Source of the DNA: Nemertoderma westbladi
Taxonomy: Eukaryota > Animalia > Xenacoelomorpha
DNA: 45,815 bases
NCBI GenBank assembly: GCA_032718475.1
Contig: JAUCBJ010000362.1
Span: forward strand, 1 to 45,815
Reading direction: 5' to 3'
Of this stretch, positions 37,431 through 45,815 are shown one piece after another. How positions within the stretch are numbered: the first letter of the stretch is position 1; every line of letters starts with the position of its first letter. The translations under genes were made by a program, and so were the position numbers. Below the pieces are notes generated by a model. That model saw only the letters and a list, made by a program, of their open reading frames with translations. It did no database searches and was not told the origin of the DNA.

Positions 37431-37624
37431 GGGTGTAAACGCTACGCTGACAACCATTCCCAACAACATCAAATATGAAAATGTAACCTGTATCACACCT
37501 CGTTGATTGTTTTGGTTAGAATAATCTTCCACTGTAACCTGTTGTTTTCCCTCAATTTACAATTAACATTAATTAGATTTAATAATGGTTGCGGCGTTGG
37601 TTGTCAGCGTAGCATTTGCACCCA
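37431..37624. mobile_element. ~194-bp MITE with 26-bp TIRs
   Basis: gggtgtaaacgctacgctgacaacca / tggttgtcagcgtagcatttgcaccc (24/26 match). Possible 8-bp TSD TTAAAAGG at 37423-37430 and 37625-37632. Confidence 0.75.
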
Positions 37625-38016
37625 TTAAAAGGTATACTGTATTACTGTGTTATACTGTATATTTCATGAAAGGGCATTAAATTTGTTACAAAATGCACTC
37701 AATACAAGCTGGTATAAATAGACAGAGAGTATGGGAAAACAGCAAACATATTTTTTGTTATAAATTAGGAAAATCGGCCCTTATTTGTAAACATCTGTGC
37801 ATAACTAAACTGCTACATAATTGTGTCCATGTCCAATCAATCTCATTTTATCACAATTTGCAATTATTCAGCTTGATTACCAAAAAACACTATCGTCTTT
37901 TAAATCAGTAGATTTAATGATATGTCCACGCCTGTAACCCTATAACTTATCTATCAATTAATCAGCAGTAGTTGCAAATTCACATTGTAAAAGCGCTTCA
38001 ATTGATATATAATAAC

Positions 38017-38820
38017 CATCTATCTCTATCTATAATCGACCTGCTGCATTGAAGCTGCACAATTGAGATGCTTTGCCAGCTTAACAAAAATATTTTGCCA
38101 CCACCATGCAATCCACAATTGGCAAGCCTAATGTAGTGTGCATTAAGAATGCTATGCCGGCTTATCAACAGAGTTGCATCGCCACAAACTCCCTATCCTC
38201 CATGATTTCACGTGATGATCTGCATCTTCAACCGCTTCATCCGTTTATTTTCTCCACGGGGCTGCCAAAGCACTAGATTGTGCCCAGGCTGGTCCTCACT
38301 GCAAAAACAACGCCCTAAAAGCGGAGGCATGTTCTAGTGTCAAGCTTGGGGGAACCAATGAGATACGTCCAATGTTATATAGTGTCTGGTTGGAGATGTA
38401 TGCATTGTACTTGAAACAGTGAACCCGACAGCATTCTTGTGAATGTGCCATCCAGAGATTTGGCGTCCTCAGCAGTTGGAGCTCAGCATGGACTCTTATA
38501 GAGGAGTACTGGCACTACTGCTGCTCTACATAATCCGACCTTAAGTTGGTGATGTATTCTGTGTGACTTCCAAATCCTGGAAAGCCAATTCAATGCTGCC
38601 CATGCCTTTACCTTATGTATTCGGTTGTTACATTATGTAGGTCCTCACCTGACTTCCGGCTCCATCATCCTAGGTAACAGAAGTCATCCACATGCTCAAG
38701 CATACCATCCTTTGAGCTAATGCTCATGCAATCAGACATTTCCTGAGAACTTTCAAAGTTAACTGTCAACATTTTGGTCTTCTTAGAGTCAACTAAAAGA
38801 CCAAAGCTAGAAGCAGCATG
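38017..38820 (-). mobile_element. RTE LINE, 5'-truncated and more diverged (copy 3)
   Basis: The reverse complement aligns to 33193-33930; it ends in an (ATAG)n-like tail. Confidence 0.88.
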
Positions 38821-39200
38821 AGTCTAAGGATGGGAGTGAACAGGGTAAGACTGTTAACAACCACATCATGATGCACTGCGGCGAGCCCAATACATGTTGG
38901 GTGACTGACTGGCATGAATTGTTAAACATTTCAAAGTAATTGCTAGACACCCATTGCGGCCAGTCTTGCAAAAGCTTGAAATGTATTACATTCAAACACG
39001 CAAGCCCGTTGTCAACAAGCAGAAACGTGATTGGGGTAAGTTTGTGGTGCTGCTTCCCAGTGGCTAGTTACCTACAGACCTCTATCTTCATTTCAATACT
39101 CGTTCTGTCTCTCTTTATGAATTTCTCTCAACATTTCCTGGCTTGGCCTCCTGACTCCTGAGAATACCTTCATCTGTGGGGTGAAACCTACCGATCAGCT
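38818..39200 (+). mobile_element. Penelope-like element 3' remnant (GIY-YIG C-terminus plus pseudo-LTR)
   Basis: Manual translation across one frameshift: HESKDG..KTVNNHIMMHC...HFKVIARHPLRPVLQKLEMYYIQTRKPVVNKQ...* (TAG 39065-39067). This fits the F.I/V...LE..YI...P..N pattern. Confidence 0.65.
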
Positions 39201-39269
39201 GGCTGCTGTCAGCTGATCACTGATTGCGTAGTAACAACAATGTTCTTAAAAAAAAGCAGTATTATATTT

Positions 39270-40025
39270 GTGAGTCCATGACCTATACACTATAGATATG
39301 ACGCACCAAGCTGCTGCTAAGCCCCTAAATTTAGTGGTCCAGTTATTTCTCTTAGATAGAATTCTTGAAGCAAAAGGTTTAGCGCGTCGAAATAACATAC
39401 GGAATAATAATACACTGCATTACCGGATCAGTCCTGCAGTACTGAAGTACAAATAAGTGAACTGGCCTGGCAATTATATTTTTCGACTGACACATTGGAA
39501 ATTTTCGAAAAATCCAAAATTGTATAAACCTTGCCAATGAAATCTGCACATTCTAAAACTTCAGTTTCTAAACTATACGGCCAAATTACCACATTTGGCT
39601 CTTTACAATTTTAAGATACTTGCACTTTTGGTGCTCTTTTAATGCCAATTAAAAAATAGAAAATGAAAACTTTGTTACTAATCTCACTTTCGATTACTAA
39701 TAATGAATTCAACAAACCAAAAAAGCATAGTCTGGTTTAATGGTTATACAAGTTTTTGAAGTGTGATGTATTTTGAGTAATTTTATCAATCCCGAAAGGA
39801 GTTGTGCTATGGTATGTGTGCAAAGAACTCCTCATATTTCAAAAACTACTGGAGCTATTCAATTTGATTTATCTCATTTGAAAGAGGACATAATTTTAGT
39901 TAAGGACAAGTACTTGCGTCGCGCTAGACATATTGTTTCAGGGATTTTATCTACGAGAAATTACTGGCACAGTAAATTTAGGGGCCTTGCATCGGCTTGG
40001 GACGTCGTAGGTCACGGTGAGTCCT
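39270..40025. mobile_element. Old foldback/MITE with diverged ~120-bp inverted arms
   Basis: gcccctaaatttagtggtccagttatttctcttagata at about 39322 is inverted relative to tatctacgagaaattactggcacagtaaatttaggggc at about 39948-39985; similarity extends on both sides. Confidence 0.65.
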
Positions 40026-41275
40026 TAGAATTAGCTAAAAATAATTCGCTGATGGTTAATTAATGAAATAATATTTTATTTAAATTATTAAATTTCATTA
40101 ATTTTACATCGACATAAGATAATTTTATAAAACACAAATTATTTCTCAATTACTATTATGATTTATCATCAATCTCACGTAGTTTAGTCCCTTTTGGTTG
40201 GTGTGCAGATTAAAAGGTGCATTGAAGTGGAGGAACTGTCCCTCTTTATTCCTTTCTATATTTTGGGGATTAAATCGCTCAATTTTAATTTGTGTTTTAC
40301 AATAGTTATTCACTTACTTTGGCTACAAGGAATTAAAACTTCGAATCAAATCTGAAGCTTCTCTATCCAGTATCTAAGTGGTATTTTTCACTAATGGATA
40401 TTTTTGCTCAACTACAATCAACTGATATTTATTGCTTTTTAAATACAATTTGATTGGTTTTTGTGAAAAGATTGTGAGAGAGAAGACATGGTCGAACAAC
40501 GTCGATGAATCTCTCTATCTTTACAGTATGACATTATAGGATTTTAGGTACTTCCTCGATATCGTTTGTTGACTCGCATTATTGTAAGTACACTACATTT
40601 ATTATAATACATTATGTTTGGAGACGTTGTTTGGCGAATATTAAAATCACATATATTTTATACATTAATTAATGAATACAGTAGCAAACTATATACTAAA
40701 ACTAAACGCCCTAATGCATAATTCATGATTCCCACATACAGAAAGATTTCAGCATACAGAATCCAACCAATAGATGTTCTGTAATTCTACTTACCATTTT
40801 CTCCAGCCACTCCCATATTGAAATTTCTCTATAAATAGGCGAATGTTGAGCAGAACTTAAATTAGCGGAATGTTATTGGAACTGAAGTTTAATTATAAAT
40901 ATATCTGGATGAGTGAAATTCTAAACAAAATAATGAAGGGCGACCACTCTGAAACTTTGAAAAATTCCGAGGTACATCATTCCAATAATACATTAATAAT
41001 TATTATTATACAATTCAAATAATTAGTAAGGATGATTGAAGCCTCTACCAACCACCATCTTGGTACCATCTTACAATTTAACTTCCGGATACATTTAACA
41101 TGTGTATCAAACACATTTATATTACTATACAATATCGTAGTTCCTTGGCCCTGTTGCCGGGATCGGACCCACAACGTTCTTAAAGTATCTGTGTGTCAGT
41201 CAGTATATGTGTCAGCCTTTCGGGACTAATCCCAGAAATTCCCTTTCAGGCAAACCAGAATCAAATAATAATAAT

Positions 41276-41989
41276 TTGAAGTACAGGTAGGCTTAGAGCT
41301 ACAGCACAACTAAACAATGTGACCTAATATATTATCCCAGTATCCCAGGACAATATCTGCGGGTTTTTTAAATTTTTTTTTTTTACTTGTAGATCAAATG
41401 GCCTGTTGCATGTGATCAGATGTCAAGAACACCCGGACCAATACTAGGTAGGGGAAACAGTAGAAATAGAAATAGTAGTTTATGTCACCTACAATTACTA
41501 TACAGTACACAGCTATTGGCTATTTATAGTGTTATATGATTTCGTGCTACTATGGCTTATAAGGAATTCTATGTGGGTTGTGAATAATTTTGTAAATACA
41601 CCATTGTACTCTTGTAAATAATGCGCTAGTGCTATAAGTGTAACCATTTATTTACTCAGCCATTCCGTTGCCTTTTTATGTCCACCGGGCCTGGACCTAA
41701 ATTCTCTACAGACCTCGGCAAGTGGTGGCTGTAGCACAGCCCCTCATATCCGCTATCTGACAGCGCACGAGGTTAATTGTGCTGTAGCTCTACTGTCCTC
41801 CTAGTCATACCAGTAATGTATTGCTCTCGACTGCAGTATGCAAGGTTTTTCTTACTAATTCACATTATTATACATTCCTGTATTCAGATATTGTGTGCAA
41901 CCGCAGATATTATAGCCTGGGATACTGGGATAATATATTAGGTCACATTGTTTAGTTGTGCTGTAACTCGAGGCCTACCTGTACTTCAA
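41276..41989. mobile_element. MITE (~714 bp) with ~75-bp TIRs
   Basis: ttgaagtacaggtaggc...tcccagtatcccagg (41276-41349) is inverted at 41916-41989 with few mismatches. Confidence 0.85.
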
Positions 41990-43630
41990 TACTCATACTA
42001 GAACGCCATCAAGATGGCTTTAAACGAACCTGTCTTAAACAGACTCCAAGAAACAGATGGGATTGGAAGTTGCAAACCAAGAATGACTTGCATCTACAAA
42101 AAAACTGCCTCCCATCTAATGTAATACATATTCGCCTAGGCAAACAAATCATAATCACAATTACTGTGGTGTGTGAAATGTTACCCATATCCGCAACCTG
42201 GGAAACAGCCCCAAAGAGCAGTTTATTCTGCGGAGGGGTCTTTCTGTATTAGATAAATAAAATAAAGAACACTAATTATTTATACCTAATACATTCTCAG
42301 TTAGCTTAATAAAATCATCGGTGCAACCAATATAATGTACAATGTACATGTACAAGCCTCCTATGAAAGTTTGTGAAATGTTCCTTAAGTCTACCCAACA
42401 GCCGTTGGTACCCGGCTGGCACCCTGGTTCAGTTTTCTGGTTTTGTTAGTTTAATCGACAGCTGTTGTAAACGTCCCAGATATACAAAACCTACTAAGCC
42501 TTTACATTACAATTGAGCTTTGCCTGAGTTGATGACAGTATTATAACGATTACAATAGGCCCTATAGATACATACGATATATAAATGATGTACTGCTTGA
42601 CATTTACACTAACTGACTGAATAGAGATAGAACAATAACTAACGATATATAATTAATGTATGTAACTCCAATTGACAATAAGTGGTGAAACGATTGTTCA
42701 GCTGTGAAAGTGTAGTTGTGGGTATTTAATTTCGCGTTCCATAATGTTGATAATAATAAATGCTAATATTTCGAATATCGCGCATCGAATCGTTCCCAAC
42801 TTTTTTATTCAACAACTAGATACTAATTGATAGTCGTGTTTACAATTTTCCAATACAAGCAAGTGGTTTGAAGCCATTTGGTGGTTATACATACAAACAT
42901 ACATCCATCATGTTTTTGCTGGCCTCAGCTTTAGAGAAAAACTACCCAGTCTAAAGACAGGTTCGTTATAATGTATCTTGTTTATTGAAATTATTATTAT
43001 TTGATTCTGGTTTATTAATTATGCTGGAGGAGGGGATTAGTCCCGAAAGGCCTCTCAATATATTAAATTAAATTAACTCTGTTTTCACGTTATCATTAGC
43101 TGGGGAAGACCCTTATTTCCAAAAAGCATATGACAGACACATACGTAAACTTTAATATGTTAACAATTGACCCCCTGGCCTTTGCATGCCTCCTCATCAG
43201 TTATCCACAACCTTCTGGGACTTTTGAATTCAAGGTAATGGGAGTGTGGCTATAACTCACAAAACCCAACACCAACCAGCAAGCAATATGGATGAGACTG
43301 GCTTGCCACCGCCGCCATTAGGGAACTGATCAGCCTGTGTGTGATTTTGTTGTTCTATAAAGCCACCAGGCGAGAGGAAACGTCTTGTCATAGGTGTCTA
43401 TAAATGGCCACTGCTCTACCACTGATATCCACAAGGTATACAACAAGGCAGTTTAATTGTGATAAGTAACACATAGTACATAATATATAATACATAATAC
43501 ACATTGCTGGAGTGAAATCCTAACAGAAATTAATGTTTAGTTTTCTGTATCGTACCTATACAACAAAATATGAAGCTAAACAAATCTTAACGAAGTGTGG
43601 GGGGGGGGGGGGGTAAGGTTATTCCTGGAT

Positions 43631-44240
43631 TCAGAGTAGGAATACCTCATCAAGGCCCGCCTGGTGGGGGGTGGTACCTAGGACAGATGTCGCATTTCCT
43701 CTGACCACTGCGATTGAGAGCTGCTGGAAGAGGAATTCCGTGGACCTAGGTTCACCTCACCTGTTTCCTTGGCAATTCTCCGCCCTATCTCCTGCAGTAC
43801 TGCGGTGCCCTCTGCACCGATTGGGCCTAAGGTCTCTAAGGCAATAGTGCGGAATAAGTGGTGGTGCTGGAGCGCAGCTTACTTATTTCCTTTACTGGTC
43901 TCTGCCATTGAAGCGGCTGCACCTGCAGATTTACTTGTCTCCGGTAGATAGGAAGGAGCGAGGGTGTCCCTGCAAGTAAAGTCCCAAACGAGTGGGCGGC
44001 CTGAGGACCAAGGGGAAAAGGTCAAACCGTCTGGTTTCTTACCGTCTTGTGAAAGTCCTCGAGGCTCCAGGGTGGAGGTAATGCCGGCTGATGAGAGGGC
44101 ACGGTGAATGATGTCATTGGCCTCTGCATGACGGGTGTATTTCCCATAATTGTGTAAGCAGCTGAGGCCATGACTTCCACTCGTGTCGAATTCCGACCCA
44201 CAACCCCTGCAGGAGTGCTCCTCGCAAATAGGTGTACCAG
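43631..44240 (-). mobile_element. Second CRE-type element, 3' fragment (zinc knuckle plus RLE), different subfamily
   Basis: CRGC.......HGLSC, RHAEANDII, LEPRGL, DGKKPDG, LVWDFTCRDTLAPSY, ALETLGP, LSIAVVRGNA; one stop and one frameshift. Confidence 0.85.
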
Positions 44241-44446
44241 TGTAATTGTAGCAGTGTAATTGGTCCATTACTATTTATCTAATATATATAAATCTGCTCA
44301 GATTCAGACACAACGTCAGATTTCGCTCTCATTCCTTGCTTTGTGGCTCATTCAATGCCAATTAATACGATGCAGACAGCTGTCACTGTCTCCGGGTGTT
44401 ATTTTACATGTTTGTCTGTGTGAAAGCAAATTTTGTGGGCACTGCA

Positions 44447-44708
44447 CAGATAGGGGGGGGGGGGGGGGGGGGGGGGGGGGTGGACGCAATAAAAATTCAT
44501 CCCTCTCCAGGGGAAATTCGACGCAAATAACAGCTGATTACTCTTAAAAATAAAACTGTAACCTGTTCTATTGTGTTTAGTTTATTGTTTTGGGTTAAAA
44601 ATAACGTGCCACTGTAACCTGCTCCTTTCCCTATATTGAGAATTTAACATTGTGGCGGGATATTAATTCGCCAAGACGGGATTTGCGTCCAGTTTCCCCC
44701 CCTATCTC
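44447..44708. mobile_element. Full-length copy of the ~250-bp MITE family
   Basis: AGATAGGGG / CCCCTATCT ends and an inner inverted repeat ggggaaattcgacgcaaat / atttgcgtccagtttcccc. Confidence 0.8.
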
Positions 44709-44774
44709 CACTGCAACATGTTGTGTGTTTCCAAAATCATTCAATTTCACCAGTCTGCCAGTATTGGTACAGTA

Positions 44775-45020
44775 GATGGTAGGCTCAGAATAATTGTGCA
44801 GTCCCACTGTTGAGCCATACCTGCAATCTATTAGTTGTAGTTTCAACCCTGCCAGGATCCACTCAGCCTTTCATCCACTGGGGACGCTAAAATAAATACC
44901 AGTTACTTTACTGGGAGCAAAACTATGGGTATGAGTAGTGCCCCCTTCCCTATATTTGGGTGTAGCAGCTGTCGAAAGAGGAGTGCTTACAGTGCTATAC
45001 TCCAATAAGTATCTATATTA
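44775..45020 (+). mobile_element. Degenerate tRNA-derived SINE with a conserved central domain
   Basis: B-box-like gtttcaaccc followed by actcagcctttcatcc...aaaataaataccag, resembling from memory the Meta-type SINE core (actcagccttccatcc...aaaatgagtacc). Confidence 0.55.
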
Positions 45021-45429
45021 AAGAAGTTTACTTCGGAACCTTTTCTTGTGTCACCTGATCCCTGAACTCAAGTGTATGTTAGATATGTCGTCTTTACAGA
45101 ACATTTACACGCTGTCAAATGTGAGAATCTAATCTGACAATGGACATTGAAGACAGGCTCTACACCATTTGTTTATGGTGCCACCTAAGAATTAATTGCC
45201 ATAATTCGTGCCTAAGAAGTACCAGTAGGCCTCCAGAAAGGTTTAAGAAGCACATTCACAAATGATGCATCATGTCTGTATCAGAAGATATCAAAGCCTT
45301 TGATTTTTTCTCCAGCTTATCTTCCTGTTTGAAATATATGGCAACTGGATGGAGTGCACATTGGTCTTTGTTCTAGTGAAAGCTTTGTACTTCAGATTAC
45401 AAGTATCAGATGATAATACTTTTTTCCAT

Positions 45430-45815
45430 TTTTAAAGTGTCTTTTGGCTCTAACTACAAGAATGTAGAAGCAGCAGATTTCCGACAACTACTGTCGCAGA
45501 CACTGACTTTGTGGATACCACCATCCTGCTTTCTAATGCACTAGCAGATGCACTTCTACTGAACAAAGTGGTAAGGGCTGCTAAGGAGGTTGAATTGCAT
45601 ATAAAAGCTACCAAGACAGAATACATGACTTTTTATGTAAATTGAAACTTAACCATAATTGATAATAATCCTCTAATAAAGTTGACAACTTCCAGTACCT
45701 TGGGTCATGGATCGAGAGCATCAGAAAAAGAAATAGAAGTGAGGAAAGAGCTGCCCTATCAAAAAAGGATACCAACCATCTGGAAATAAGACCTATGCAA
45801 TCAAATGAATACCAA
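45430..45815 (+). mobile_element. Degenerate RTE-type RT fragment of another family
   Basis: DTDFVD, LLNKVVRAAKEVELHIKATKTEYM, KVDNFQYLGSWI, KEIEVRK. Confidence 0.7.

Noticed and set aside
43170-43205. CTGATGA hammerhead core on the minus strand (also about 2150, 22175 and 27869)
   Set aside because: No stem II followed by GAAA is present at any of these sites.
43280-43330. NMDETG, a pogo/Tigger DDE motif
   Set aside because: There is no surrounding transposase similarity and a stop follows within 10 codons; probably chance.

Overview
AT-rich, transposon-saturated eukaryotic DNA, most likely an invertebrate animal. It holds one clear host gene: GPN-loop GTPase 1 (GPN1/XAB1), on the minus strand, two exons, about 369 aa, with one 1,410-bp GT-AG intron. 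The rest is a nested mosaic of mobile elements. These include a near-complete but disrupted Mag-like Ty3/Gypsy LTR retrotransposon that keeps only its 3' LTR, and a second decayed Gypsy split by RTEX-like and L2/CR1-like LINE insertions. There are also four RTE-type LINE fragments, two CRE-type (RT plus restriction-like endonuclease) fragments, a Penelope GIY-YIG remnant and a tRNA-SINE. Non-autonomous DNA transposons/MITEs are numerous (hAT-like, piggyBac-like, CAC-ended). The most unusual structures are: a 31-bp satellite with a 155-bp higher-order repeat abutting the LTR; a nested MITE pair full of CTACGCGTAG palindromes just upstream of GPN1; a promoter-proximal cloud of TA-SSSS-TA palindromes and micro-duplications; a duplicated composite that twice abuts LTR-less Gypsy sequence; and a double-symmetry hairpin at about 13.1 kb. 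No CRISPR array, rRNA or intact tRNA was seen. I found no unambiguous new protein-coding system, so the novelty claims below are hypotheses. Family assignments come from motif recognition by eye, not database searches.
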